Numbered from the stretch's first letter, positions 47,761-61,999 are shown. The stretch is DNA of 64,000 bases from Octopus bimaculoides (GCF_001194135.2 NC_068988.1:31833462-31897461); one strand, 5' to 3'. The notes: generated by a model not told the origin, from the letters alone. Numbers and translations are program-made.

Positions 47761-49176
47761 TCAAGATGTTTGAGAGAATTTTTTGTTGCTAGAAATGGTT
47801 TAGAATGATTTGGGATTGGTTACATTTAATAATTCAAACCATCATCCTTATCACGCGGTGCCATGCTGATTGCACGTCGAATTACGTTAAGAGTATTCAC
47901 GTCTGTAGAATATTCAACCACTAAGCAATCTTACTCGTAGTGCACGTCATGAAATTGTTCTTACACTGGCCTTTCATACGTCCAAATGGACGAAAGTATT
48001 ATCAATACACACATACATATAAACACACGTGCGCGCACACGCATGCACATCTGTATATAATTGGTCAAAAGTTATATAACTACATAACAATTGTAGTAGA
48101 GATTGTAATTGAAAATGAATAGTTCTATTTATCTTGGTAAATATCGATGTTTTCTCTACAAAGAATATATTTATATATTTCGCCAAAAGTGTAAAATTGT
48201 TATTTTTGTAATGAACTGGCTTGAACTCCTTTTAAAGTGTCTATAAGATATTATATTCTTAAGACAATAAGCAAAGACAAATCTTTCGTTTTGAATAATG
48301 ACTATCATTTTTCTATTAATTATATACTAACACGTAAATAACAAAAATCAGCTATTTATTTGAGAAACTTAAGAGCACCTCCACATGGTTGTAAAAGTGT
48401 ATTATAGATCTTTAGGAATTCTGCCGCACTTATTCATATGAAAGAAAATCAATCACATGTGAAGCGTTATGAACACGTATGATATCTCCTAATTGATAGC
48501 GACATCCTATTGATAATTTAATATAATTCCTTTTGAGTTGAGAAGTCTTTCAATCAAGACATCATAGATAATCATAACAGATAATCATAACAATGAAAAA
48601 CCTATATTTTATTGTTTGATGAATTATTATGGTTATGCTTATCGGCAACGTAATATCGGAGGTGATAGTGTACTTCTTTGTCTAAATATATACGCTTATC
48701 ATTTTGCTACTTGAATGTTGAAAGCGGGAAAGGTCTTCACATGAACATGTTTGCGCCCTTATAGTGATTCTCATATTGAACATACAGTGTTTGTTCCACC
48801 TGGCACACATATCTGTAAGCTGTATGTTTTTCTATCGGATTTCACGTATACACACAAACGGAACTGATGAACACACATTCTCTTCGGCTATCTGTTGGCT
48901 TCGCTTTTCCCACTTATGGGTGTGTGTGCGTGTACTTGTGAAAGTATGTGTGTATATGTATATATATATATATATATNNNNNNNNNNNNNNNNNNNNNNN
49001 NNNNNNNNNNNNNNNNNNNNNNNNNNNNNNNNNNNNNNNNNNNNNNNNNNNNNNNNNNNNNNNNNNNNNNNNNNNNNNNNNNNNNNNNNNNNNNNNNNNN
49101 NNNNNNNNNNNNNNNNNNNNNNNNNNNNNNNNNNNNNNNNNNNNNNNNNNNNNNNNNNNNNNNNNNNNNNNNNNNN

Positions 49177-49225
<49 letters not shown>

Positions 49226-49584
49226 ATGAGCCAAGGTTTGAGGTATAGGAAGAAAGTTATCTAGCGTCAAGCTATCCGTAGTTAGTATAAAAAGCAACTT
49301 TCAGCGACAAAAGTGGTTTATTGAGACGGAAGGTTGTGGACTTTTCGTATCGTAGTCCGATAAACTGTAAAGAGTGCTTTTTTATATTTCATGTTATGCG
49401 ATTAGGGTTGTCGGGTATGCAAATAGGACCTTAGGAATGAAGGAGGTAACATCCGGGCTACATATGTTTCGTAGCGAGCGGACCTTCGGTAGTGGTAAAC
49501 ATCGGAGAAAAGTCTGTATACACACACGTTCACACACACACACACACATACAAAAACACACACACACACACACACACACGTACA

Positions 49585-49617
<33 letters not shown>

Positions 49618-49650
49618 TGATACGAACAGTTGAACAATACTTATGTCTTG

Positions 49651-49714
49651 TACAGATGTATTTTACATATGATGTATTTTACTGTACAGATGTATTTTAC
49701 AGATGTATTTTACA
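49651..49714. repeat. Short minisatellite, about 4 copies of GATGTATTTTAC
   Basis: Directly visible. Confidence 0.75.
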
Positions 49715-49856
49715 TATTCATACGTCGAACTCGACGTGTGAATATTCAGCATTTTGCCGAACTGATTTGTTTATAGTGATGAAATTGACCTTGCCTGAAC
49801 AAGTGCATGGTGTACCACATGTCAGATGTCGAAGTAATCGAAAACCTACGTGAGAT

Positions 49857-49960
49857 GAAGTGTTTTGATCGAGAACGCAACTCACCACTCAGTCTAGGAA
49901 TTGAAACAACAAACTCACTATCGTGAGTACAGCACCCTAACTATTAGGCCATGCGTGTGT
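49857..49960 (-). mobile_element. Degenerate family B-like SINE head
   Basis: AAGTGTTTTGATCGAGAACGCAAC...GGAATTGAAAC...CCCTAACTATTAGGCCATGCG parallels 12076-12184. Confidence 0.55.
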
Positions 49961-49962
49961 CC

Positions 49963-50028
<66 letters not shown>

Positions 50029-50729
50029 ATATATATTTATATAAATAAGGATAAGATCGGTATTTAAAATATTGATCTTATCAAGTGGTCAGCATGGGAA
50101 TAAAAACCATCGAAGGTAATAATTATTTAAAATTATAATATAGGGTATCANNNNNNNNNNNNNNNNNNNNNNNNNNNNNNNNNNNNNNNNNNNNNNNNNN
50201 NNNNNNNNNNNNNNNNNNNNNNNNNNNNNNNNNNNNNNNNNNNNNNNNNNNNNNNNNNNNNNNNNNNNNNNNNNNNNNNNNNNNNNNNNNNNNNNNNNNN
50301 NNNNNNNNNNNNNNNNNNNNNNNNNNNNNNNNNNNNNNNNNNNNNNNNNNNNNNNNNNNNNNNNNNNNNNNNNNNNNNNNNNNNNNNNNNNNNNNNNNNN
50401 NNNNNNNNNNNNNNNNNNNNNNNNNNNNNNNNNNNNNNNNNNNNNNNNNNNNNNNNNNNNNNNNNNNNNNNNNNNNNNNNNNNNNNNNNNNNNNNNNNNN
50501 NNNNNNNNNNNNNNNNNNNNNNNNNNNNNNNNNNNNNNNNNNNNNNNNNNNNNNNNNNNNNNNNNNNNNNNNNNNNNNNNNNNNNNNNNNNNNNNNNNNN
50601 NNNNNNNNNNNNNNNNNNNNNNNNNNNNNNNNNNNNNNNNNNNNNNNNNNNNNNNNNNNNNNNNNNNNNNNNNNNNNNNNNNNNNNNNNNNNNNNNNNNN
50701 NNNNNNNNNNNNNNNNNNNNNNNNNNNNN

Positions 50730-50766
<37 letters not shown>

Positions 50767-51314
50767 TATATGTGTGTGTGTGTGTGTGTATATATATAAG
50801 GCTCAAATATACACACAAGCGCACACACTTGAACAGATACATAGTATCATATATGCGTTTGTACACGCTCATATGTACCGTATTGCATATATGAACACTA
50901 TATAACGCATTCGGTTTCATTAAAAGTCGGAAATATATAACAAACGGTACATACATTATTGTTAAGTTGAGAGATATAGTAGTAGATTCACAACGTCTGT
51001 GAATCGTTTTTGTCGCAATACTTTTAATTTGCTTATAGATTGCCCTTCTATAAGATGTTGCACAAACGCTTAGTCCTGTTTCTTATAGGAAAAATGAACC
51101 GTTAGCGAAGGAATATGTTTAGGAAATTTCTGTTCTTTTGTCACTTTTCAATTGATATTATGCCTTGTACTTTTCTAACGCTGTATTCGAAAGCAGTGGT
51201 TCTTAACCTTTTATGTAGTTGTTATGAGTAGCGTTCACCTAAGAAGCGAGTGAGTTATCACAACTAACGATGGAAGATGGTTATAAAATTTACTCAAACA
51301 GTTCGTTGTATAAG

Positions 51315-51345
<31 letters not shown>

Positions 51346-51477
51346 NNNNNNNNNNNNNNNNNNNNNNNNNNNNNNNNNNNNNNNNNNNNNNNNNNNNNNN
51401 NNNNNNNNNNNNNNNNNNNNNNNNNNNNNNNNNNNNNNNNNNNNNNNNNNNNNNNNNNNNNNNNNNNNNNATATATG

Positions 51478-51730
51478 TTAGTCGAATATATGAACCCAGT
51501 ACGTGTTTTTTTAAAAGGCCGGTACTTATTCTATCGGTCTTTTGCTGAACCACTGGCACCAGTTCTCAAGTGGTAGTAGTGGAACAAACAGGCACACAAA
51601 GACACGCACACATATATTCATCTATAAACCAGACTTCTTTAAGTTTCTACCAAATTCACCTGCAAGGCTTTGGCTGGCTCGAGTCTATAGCAGAAGCCGC
51701 TTGTCAAGGTGCACTAGGAAATGAATTGAG
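51478..51730 (-). mobile_element. Family A SINE, diverged and partial
   Basis: GTACTTATTCTATCGGTCT, GACTTCTTTAAGTTTCTACCAAATTCACCTGCAAGGCTTTGG and CTATAGCAGAAG...CAAGGTGC match the other A copies. Confidence 0.8.
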
Positions 51731-52432
51731 CGATTTTTTTTTTATCACTACGATTGTTGCGATACATAAGATAGTGCAAAACGGAATGAAGAATGTAATA
51801 AAATTCAGCGTTTAGAAGTAACAAAGCGTTAAAGTGATGAGGCTCGAACATTTTTGTGCTAATCAACTGTTTCTTTGAAGGATCTAAATTACTTTCTGCT
51901 TTTCACTGGAAATGAACGTCTCCATGCAACACTCGAATTAACCTCTATTTAACGTTAATTTATGACCATCTAAATGATACTATCTTGAAATAATTAGAAA
52001 AAGGTAAATAGGCATATCCACCTCCATATACATACATATTCTTTCATATACCCACATAAAAGGTAATATATATAGTCTTATATATGTACTTACATATCTA
52101 TTCATATATGATCACGTATACGTTTACTACATTTATCCTTACTGTGTTTTTTTTTTACTGTTTACATCAATATCGATATCTTGAGTTGAAAGTCTAACTC
52201 ATATATAAAGTGATGTATATACATTTATAAATACATAGATACACGTATTTATTCTATTTATATATACACACATAATCCCTTCTTACATACATCTTTCCTA
52301 TTTAAAAAAGTAATAGAAATTAAAAGAAAAACATACATCTGCATATCTATTTATATATATGCACACGTTCCAGTCTTTCCTCTATTTCTAGTTTTACTAT
52401 ATTGTTTGTGTTGTTATTAGTAATGCTGTTGA

Positions 52433-52860
52433 TAAATTCCGCTGAGATGGACTTTGCCTTTTATCCTTCCGGTGTCGATAATAAAAGTGTCAGTTGAATA
52501 CTGGGCCCGATGCAATCGACTAGTCGCCTCCCCCAATATTTCAGGCCGTATGCCTTTATTGGTAAGGATTATTAGAGCTGTTGATATACCCTTCATTGTT
52601 GCTATTCCCAGTACTACCATTATTGAGATTTCTAACATTTCCATTATTTCCATCATTACTTTTGCTACCTATAATATTATTTCTATCAGAATTATGAGGA
52701 TGGTCTTGATTATTGTATTCCTTAGTATTCTAAACCTTATTTCAAGGATTATTTCTATCTTTACCAACCACTGAAGTTGTTAGTGGTCTTCAGGGTTTCT
52801 CATTATTAAGATTATGGATATGATATTCTAAGTTATTTGATGGTGCTTACGATAATTTCA
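52433..52860 (+). mobile_element. Family C SINE 3' part (to about 52570) followed by a long decayed (ATT)n tract
   Basis: AAATTCCGCTGAGATGGACTTTGCCTTTTATCCTTCCGGTGTCGATAA...GATGCAATCGACT...TTTCAGGCCGTATGCC, then period-3 ATT-like sequence. Confidence 0.7.
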
Positions 52861-52937
52861 CCATATGTTCATTAAAAATATCGTGGTACTCATTAGAGGT
52901 ATGAAAAGAAGACTCTAGCAATCTTGAATGGTGCATG

Positions 52938-52979
<42 letters not shown>

Positions 52980-54820
52980 CAGAATTTGAAAATGCACTGC
53001 GAATAGTTAAAATGCAGTCATTATGTTTCACGATTTAACCGGTTTTATGGTATACGCTGATTTTCAAAAGTTGAGATAGAAAGACGCGGGTTATACCGCA
53101 ATTGTCTTGCTTCTGGTTAGTATTTGAAGTTTGTCGTATTTTTAAGGGGGTTATATATCTGAAAATAGTATATATACTATTCTCAGTGCATTGTCTACTT
53201 CTATTTTCTGTATATTNNNNNNNNNNNNNNNNNNNNNNNNNNNNNNNNNNNNNNNNNNNNNNNNNNNNNNNNNNNNNNNNNNNNNNNNNNNNNNNNNNNN
53301 NNNNNNNNNNNNNNNNNNNNNNNNNNNNNNNNNNNNNNNNNNNNNNNNNNNNNNNNNNNNNNNNNNNNNNNNNNNNNNNNNNNNNNNNNNNNNNNNNNNN
53401 NNNNNNNNNNNNNNNNNNNNNNNNNNNNNNNNNNNNNNNNNNNNNNNNNNNNNNNNNNNNNNNNNNNNNNNNNNNNNNNNNNNNNNNNNNNNNNNNNNNN
53501 NNNNNNNNNNNNNNNNNNNNNNNNNNNNNNNNNNNNNNNNNNNNNNNNNNNNNNNNNNNNNNNNNNNNNNNNNNNNNNNNNNNNNNNNNNNNNNNNNNNN
53601 NNNNNNNNNNNNNNNNNNNNNNNNNNNNNNNNNNNNNNNNNNNNNNNNNNNNNNNNNNNNNNNNNNNNNNNNNNNNNNNNNNNNNNNNNNNNNNNNNNNN
53701 NNNNNNNNNNNNNNNNNNNNNNNNNNNNNNNNNNNNNNNNNNNNNNNNNNNNNNNNNNNNNNNNNNNNNNNNNNNNNNNNNNNNNNNNNNNNNNNNNNNN
53801 NNNNNNNNNNNNNNNNNNNNNNNNNNNNNNNNNNNNNNNNNNNNNNNNNNNNNNNNNNNNNNNNNNNNNNNNNNNNNNNNNNNNNNNNNNNNNNNNNNNN
53901 NNNNNNNNNNNNNTATATATATATATATATATTATTGTGTGTTGGGTGGGCCATTGCGCCAAGAATAATAACACACGTACTGGTAGTTGCACACCTACAT
54001 TAGACATTGAACCAAGGGTCTCGTCATTTATATTACAGCTGAAACCAGTGTCTTTGAATTCACGGGATATTATTGATATGCGTGTTGCGGTAAATTATCT
54101 TCCTATTTCCTGATCAAAACCCTTCTATTGTATAGATTTCTATCACAATAGTAAAACATCAAAATTTTTAAGCTTGCATAGTCAAATATCAGGAATACTC
54201 GTGTGATGTTCCTGTTAGCTCGAACCACATCTCAAAGGTCACTCCACTTCTTCGTTGTAATATTGATAAATTGGATGCTGTATTTATTTACCGCACAAAA
54301 GATCAGTAATACAACATTATGCTTAGTGTATCTTATTTAACGCTTCATGAGAAGAATTAATGATCAAATATAAATATCAGTTTAGTTGCAACCTTCAGGA
54401 ATTTCGTACACAATATCAATGTTGTGATTAATTCAGTGAACAAATTAGTAACGGTCGATTGGAGAGACGAACGCTACTCTCCTGGAGAGATTTTATTTAG
54501 AATTCAATGTTTCATCCGTTGAGATATTAAATATTGCTTAGAGTAGGGATTGTGTTCTACTTGAGAAAGCCAAAACCAGAAGATTCAACGTGCGCTTGTG
54601 CACACACACACACTTATTTTATAGAGTTATTTTTCAGTGTGTTTAATGTGATGGGACTTGACTGTTGCATCTAACATATCAAGCGTATGGCACACAAACA
54701 CATTGATAAATGTACAGAAACGGGACGAGCATATTTAAGTCAAGATTAGTGAGAGTAAGAATCAAAGATAGTAATTCGACTTTACACGCATCACACGCTT
54801 AAAGGGAGGGGAATAAAGAT

Positions 54821-54821
<1 letters not shown>

Positions 54822-54888
<67 letters not shown>
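54822..54888. repeat. (GA)n microsatellite
   Basis: Directly visible. Confidence 0.96.
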
Positions 54889-54891
<3 letters not shown>

Positions 54892-56562
54892 GAAGAGAGA
54901 GGTAGAGACAAAGAGATATGGAGAGATACACCCAGAGAGAGAATGAGAGAGCGGCAGAGAAGAAAGAGAAAAAAGTGGGGAGAGAATGATTTCGTTGTAC
55001 TAAACGAAGGGAGTTGTTGATTGATGTTCTATAATTTATTGAGATCTGTAAATTATAACACTCTAGCTGTGTATTTCAAAGGCAAATAAAGTAGCTTGTA
55101 TATTCAAAATGTTATATATATTATTAACAATATTATTAGTAATAAAGCAGTCTGACAGAAATGCGTATAGTTTTAGCCTAACGAATTGTGCATATATCTC
55201 GATAGCATTTTTTAACATATAATAACGTTTTTGCTTAAATGAAATTGTTTATGCTAGTGTTATTAAGTCCATAAATTCTGGAACTAATTATGCAAATTAT
55301 GGTGACAAATATGTAGTAAAATATATAGTAAAATACTATATAATAGCTAACAATCTAATACCTAAGAGAGAAATTATCATAAATGCAGGAAGAATATTTT
55401 ATCACAATAGAACAATAATAATAATAATAACGTTATTTTGTATGATATATTGGTGTTGTAAGTGTAAGTGAGGAATATACGTATGAAATAAAGAAAAGGC
55501 AATATTGTGCCAGATATCTAGATGAAGACATGGGAGTAAAAAATTGACGAAGAAATAAAGCATAATATGAGAGGTTAGAGAGAATGTAAGTTGCGAATAG
55601 AGTACGTGTGCTAAAATAAAATTTGAAATAAAAGTGTGAATACTTAATCATACTGGTGGCTGATATATTGGCAGTGTTTAAAATACTGCTTTTAAACTTT
55701 CCTTTAACCGGTGTGGGATTTAGACATGATGAGGCACTAAGTAATGTAAAATTTAAAGATCCAGTACCAATAACAATCAGTGGAAGACGTAAAATATGCC
55801 TTTTAAATATTTGAAGATTACAAGACTCTCATTTGACGTGTGTTTATATTAATCAACTGCGACTCTGATTTTAGATGATAAATATTTTTGCGAATGTATA
55901 ATTAATGCTATATATTGAGGTTAGAAATAGCGTTCCGAGAAAGATGTTGAGGAATGCTGTTCCTATTAAAAAGAAGATTGGGGTTACTAGGAACTTAAAA
56001 CCAACGCGTGTGCTTATATTAAAAAAATGTTTCATGTCATTAGTTGTATGCCTTATAAATATTCATTTTCTTTTATATCAGATAAGGTGGCTTCCGATCT
56101 TTTTTTTATGACGAACGTTTTTAGAACTGCGGTGTAACATTAAAAAAAAAAAGACATTTTTAACTTCTCACCTTCAATGTATATTGCTATTCATTTCACT
56201 TCTTCATTTAATCACGCATATATATATATATATATTGGGAGTTCTTGTCATTTTTCTCATTATTTCAATGATTCAAAGATGAAACGATAGATATTTCGTA
56301 AATAACTTGCCTTCAGCTGAAATGAACTTTACACACGCACGCATGCACGTGTACACACACACACACACACACAACACACACACGCACACCATATACTCAC
56401 ACATACACTTACACTTTTATGAATTGTGTTGATATATGCACACGCATATATGCATATATATATATACGCATATATGTATATTTACATATGTGTATGCAGA
56501 AATACATATATTCATGCATACATACAAAGATGCATATCTATCAATGTATCTATCTATCTATG

Positions 56563-56635
<73 letters not shown>

Positions 56636-56944
56636 NNNNNNNNNNNNNNNNNNNNNNNNNNNNNNNNNNNNNNNNNNNNNNNNNNNNNNNNNNNNNNNNN
56701 NNNNNNNNNNNNNNNNNNNNNNNNNNNNNNNNNNNNNNNNNNNNNNNNNNNNNNNNNNNNNNNNNNNNNNNNNNNNNNNNNNNNNNNNNNNNNNNNNNNN
56801 NNNNNNNNNNNNNNNNNNNNNNNNNNNNNNNNNNNNNNNNNNNNNNNNNNNNNNNNNNNNNNNNNNNNNNNNNNNNNNNNNNNNNNNNNNNNNNNNNNNN
56901 NNNNNNNNNNNNNNNNNNNNNNNNNNNNNNNNNNNNNNNNNNNN

Positions 56945-56993
<49 letters not shown>

Positions 56994-57386
56994 CAGATTT
57001 TCTACTAAAACTACAAAAAAGTTGTACAAATAGTAGAAAAAGAGGGAAGGGTGTAAAACATAAACCATAACAAAATTATAAAAATACTTCAAATGTAGAA
57101 CAAATGTATATTTGTTTGATTTCTAAGTTGAATGTATCACGATAGAGAGCTTCATACATTAGAACAAAGTGTTGAAATGTTGACAGCCAATATTCTGACG
57201 CATTCTGCAAACTAAAACTATATTTTTATGCTTCCATAGTACATTTATGACACCATCACATTTTTATTCTAGCGCCATATATATTCATTCGAATAATAAT
57301 TTCAAACATCAAACCTAGTACGCTGGCATTTAATCCAAACCTGTAAAATATATATTTGCTTTGGCAATCGCACATACATGCATACA

Positions 57387-57420
<34 letters not shown>

Positions 57421-59429
57421 CATACATACGTACGATACACATATATATGCATATATGTATATACATAGATATTTATATATANNNNNNNNNNNNNNNNNNN
57501 NNNNNNNNNNNNNNNNNNNNNNNNNNNNNNNNNNNNNNNNNNNNNNNNNNNNNNNNNNNNNNNNNNNNNNNNNNNNNNNNNNNNNNNNNNNNNNNNNNNN
57601 NNNNNNNNNNNNNNNNNNNNNNNNNNNNNNNNNNNNNNNNNNNNNNNNNNNNNNNNNNNNNNNNNNNNNNNNNNNNNNNNNNNNNNNNNNNNNNNNNNNN
57701 NNNNNNNNNNNNNNNNNNNNNNNNNNNNNNNNNNNNNNNNNNNNNNNNNNNNNNNNNNNNNNNNNNNNNNNNNNNNNNNNNNNNNNNNNNNNNNNNNNNN
57801 NNNNNNNNNNNNNNNNNNNNNNNNNNNNNNNNNNNNNNNNNNNNNNNNNNNNNNNNNNNNNNNNNNNNNNNNNNNNNNNNNNNNNNNNNNNNNNNNNNNN
57901 NNNNNNNNNNNNNNNNNNNNNNNNNNNNNNNNNNNNNNNNNNNNNNNNNNNNNNNNNNNNNNNNNNNNNNNNNNNNNNNNNNNNNNNNNNNNNNNNNNNN
58001 NNNNNNNNNNNNNNNTATATATATAATGGTATATAATTTCTCTTATATATCAATTTAACAGTTACCCTCAAAACAATGATAGACTAAACACTGAAAAGAA
58101 ATAAAACTATTTGGATTTAATTTATTCAAAGTTCGACTGCATGAATATCTATAAAAAGAAGCAGAAATATTATTGAGGAAGTTTTTACTTTGTCACTCTA
58201 GCAGCTAAACGTAAGAGCCAATACTTTAATACCAAATTCCGTATTATTGCTAAAATAAAGTCGAATAATTTACTTAAAAATATCGTATGATGCACAATAA
58301 ATATTTATTGGATGCGGATGGGGCTTTGATCGAATTCTGTTTTAGTTTATGTAAGTTGACGAATCGTAGAATTTGGTAGTACCATATGAATATCGATGAT
58401 AACGATTAAAACGGTAAAGTATTCGGGGAGAACTCCTTTTAGGACCTGTTATACATGCAGAAATATCAACCAAATCAATGATAAGATGCTTCGTCTCCGT
58501 ATAAGAAATATAATGGTAATTGATGTATTATATCTGCAAATACGCAAAACTTGACGCGCTGGTTTGAGTGAAATGCATGCATTCAATTGACTTGCTGAAT
58601 GAAATCTAACCCTGGAGGTGAATGGACTCTAAATGACAGTATAAACTCATTGAATTAAACAGTAAAAAAATAATTGTTCTATTCGATGTGTGTACAACGC
58701 TAAGAAAATGATCGATGACCGATCCCAATATTTAATGATTTTAAAGGAAAAAGGTTCTCAGATAATATGTTCAGAGTTGAATTTTCAGCAGTCGAATCAA
58801 CCGAAGTTCGTGTTTCACGGAATTACAGTTGAGTGGTTGATTATCTCACATACACTCGTTAATTTACCTAATTGTTAGTTGGAATCGGCGTGACCCAGTC
58901 TGACAAGCCCTTTGAATTAGAGATACAAACCACCCGAGGTGTTTCTACACTGATTGCGTCAACATAGTTTCACTCGCAATGTTTGGGTCACCCAGAGGTT
59001 ATAGAAATGTCATTCACTCCGATTTCATGCAGTGGGATCGAACTCAAGCCACATGAACACATAAACACAGATGTGCGCTCACGTAAACTCGTCGTTTACT
59101 CTCATCCCTATCTGGTCTTCTCAGTAAACACACATATACATACACATATACATGCATACATATACACACATGCATAAGACCAATTCTCAGACAGACCCAC
59201 AGCAGACATTGAAGACTGAGGGTAAGTCACTGTGAAGGTCTCAAAATGTGAATGGACTTTGGTTAATAAACAACCTATTAATCTTTTAACCAGCACGTTG
59301 AAGAAAAGATCGATTTGTTATCTGGTGAGATATATAACCAACTCTCTAACAATACATAAGTCATATCGAACCAGTGCTTGCGTTATTAGTGACGTAATAG
59401 TCTTCCCAAGACACTTATACACACACATA

Positions 59430-59726
59430 AGAAAATGGAGGGGAATATGAGGTACTCATCAACTTGCAGACACTGTATTGCGTTGATTAATCTGTTTATT
59501 TTAAAACCAAAATGACAAAAAGGACAATATACAGTCACTTAAGGCATACCATGTCATATCAACAATTAAGATTTCAAATTTAACGGACTTAATTGGTGAT
59601 ATGACACGGTATGTCATAAGTGACTGCATATTGTCCTTTTTTCATTTTGGTTATAAAATAAACAGATTAATCAACGTAATACAGTGTATGCAGTTGATGA
59701 GTACCTCGTATTCCCCTCTATTTTCG
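59430..59726. mobile_element. 297-bp foldback (palindromic) element, probable MITE
   Basis: Arms 59431-59570 and 59588-59725 are inverted with 10 substitutions and 2 single-base indels (about 91% identity). The loop is 17 nt. TA lies on both flanks (59428-59429 and 59727-59728). Confidence 0.85.
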
Positions 59727-59918
59727 TATTGCTATATAAATTTTGGGTAAAAAAACCCCTTTTACCCGCACCCACTTATTACATTTGGTTAACACTAGTG
59801 TAACAAATTGGATATATATTATCCCTTAGTGGGTAGGATCCTCAACCCCTAACTCACTTGGATTATATGTATATATATATATATATACATATATATTCTT
59901 TTATTAGTTTAGTCATTT

Positions 59919-60053
59919 ACTTGTTTCAGTCATTTGACAGCGGCCATGCTGGAACACTGCCTTGAAGGGTTTTATTCGAAGAAATCTACCCAGGACTCAT
60001 TATTTGCTAGCCTAGTACTTATTCTATCCTTCTCTTTTTGCCAACCCAGAACT
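59919..60053 (-). mobile_element. Family A SINE tail, running into (TA)n and a gap
   Basis: ACTTGTTTCAGTCATTTGACAGCGGCCATGCTGGAACACTGCC...CTAGTACTTATTCTATC. Confidence 0.85.
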
Positions 60054-60829
60054 ATATATATNNNNNNNNNNNNNNNNNNNNNNNNNNNNNNNNNNNNNNN
60101 NNNNNNNNNNNNNNNNNNNNNNNNNNNNNNNNNNNNNNNNNNNNNNNNNNNNNNNNNNNNNNNNNNNNNNNNNNNNNNNNNNNNNNNNNNNNNNNNNNNN
60201 NNNNNNNNNNNNNNNNNNNNNNNNNNNNNNNNNNNNNNNNNNNNNNNNNNNNNNNNNNNNNNNNNNNNNNNNNNNTATATATATATATATATTGGATAAT
60301 TTACGAAAAAAACAAGTATCTTCCACCTGCTGACTCCAGTGGCTATAATGCAGTCTTTCGAAATTCTGATATATCAACGTACATACGACTGTAATACAGA
60401 GGTGATTTTCGACCTTCCAGGTCCAATAACCAGTTAGAGACACTCTCATTTGCTCCTCAAACTATATTTTACTGCTGCTCATGTAATTCAGTACCTTGTC
60501 AACCATGTTTGAGCACACCTTTAATAAAAGAAATGCGAGGCGTAACAAGACCATTATTTTTCTTTTTCCCACAATGTTGTGTACATCTAGGATGTGTTTA
60601 TGCATTTTCCCCTTTCTTATATACAGTGGGAGTGTTATCTGAGGAAGAATTTGACTTCTATTTCCAACGGATCACAGATAGAAATAGTCTCGCTATTTAA
60701 CTCATAATATGATTAACAAACGTGTAGAGGAGTTTTGAAGATTTAATCCTATGACTCACATGATGAATTGTAGAGAGTTTCTGTTAACAACCAATGCAAA
60801 ACCATTACCTATTTAAAGCATACTATATA

Positions 60830-61320
60830 CGAGGTGACATCAAAAAGTTCTTCGACTAGTTATGTTTAACAAAACATAACTTATTTACTTAAATCGCCTT
60901 CTTCTTCGCCTTCGAAATAGTGACCTTGCGCAGCAATACACCTCTCCTAGCGTTCCTGCCACTTTTGGAATCCGGCATGGAAGTTGTTTTCCGTAAGCAA
61001 GTCGAGGATTTCCTGCGATTCGCTCAGCATACCGACAGACAACATTGTTAAAACTCTGAGCTTTGAGCGGCAATTTCATCTTGGGGATGAGATGGAAGCA
61101 CTCGTACATTATCGACAGAACAAGGTCCTTCAGTTCAGAAAGTACCAGCAATCGAGATCCCTATAAGCTCGGCCTTGTGAATGGAGGCCATCAAGAAGTT
61201 CATCATAAACTGACCAATAACCAGGCTCGAAGGCGTGTGAACGTTTGCAATGAACTGCAAGCAAATCCTCGAAATGCCTGTTTTACGGCGTCGAGGACAT
61301 TCTGCGATTCGCTCTGAATA
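60830..61320. mobile_element. Rearranged mariner remnant
   Basis: TA followed by the TIR-like CGAGGTGACATCAAAAAGTTC at 60830. Minus-strand C-terminus FHLIPKMKLPLKAQSFN/SESQEILDLLTENNFHAGFQKWQER*ERCIAAQGHYFEG (stop at 60883-60881). A plus-strand linker-like HHKLTNNQARRRVNVCNELQ lies near 61200-61262. Confidence 0.75.
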
Positions 61321-61587
61321 CCGACAACAGAATTAAAACTGTGACCTTAAAACTGAGGATGAGCAATGAAATTGTATTCATAATAATGATAAAACAAATC
61401 AGCGGCTTTGTTCATGCCAGAGTTTTAAAATCGTTGCTAAAAAGAGCGTCTTGAAAAGAAGGTCGTATTATGAGTTTAGGAGAATTTCAGTGGGGGTGGG
61501 GGGGTGGCTTGCACTTACAGCTACTACAGATAGTCATACTATCACCGCCTAAAAATATTATGCGCAACACATCCACCGGGTATATGA

Positions 61588-61955
61588 TGCTTTGAATGCC
61601 CACTTTCCGGCATTGATCAATCGAAGACGTGTGCTCCTACATAATAACAATGTCCTAGAGCACATTGCCAAAATGACCAAGATCAAACTTAGGGACCTTG
61701 AAGGTTTGGAACCAACTTTTCTGAGTTGTGCTCATTTTGTGCCAGGACATAAGTTCAACAATGGATATAAATGGTTGCAGGACGGTTTTTGCCTGTAAAC
61801 CAGTCACATGGTATGAACGTGGAATTGATATTATGGCATAACAATGCTTACAGACAATAAAATATGGTACGATATATAAACATTTTTCGTATGTATTCGT
61901 TTTAACGATTAATTGCGAATTGAAATACCCAAAAAATGTTTGACTAAACCTGGTG
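61588..61955 (+). mobile_element. Mariner transposase 3' remnant (another family)
   Basis: PALINRRRVLLHNNN (HDN decayed)..HIAKMTKIKLRDLEGLE, AHFVPGHKFNN, GCRTVFACKPVTWYERGI. The third-Asp segment is deleted. Confidence 0.75.
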
Positions 61956-61999
61956 TATACATACATGCGTACACACACACACACACACATAAATATGTG

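Noticed and set aside
50050-50082. 33-nt hairpin with inverted GATA sites
   Set aside because: Short AT-rich stems of this size are plausible by chance in 58 kb.
52570-52860. Asn/Asp/Gly-rich reading on the minus strand and Ile-rich ORF 52454-52774
   Set aside because: The minus-strand frame contains stops; it is better explained as a decayed (ATT)n tract following a family C SINE.
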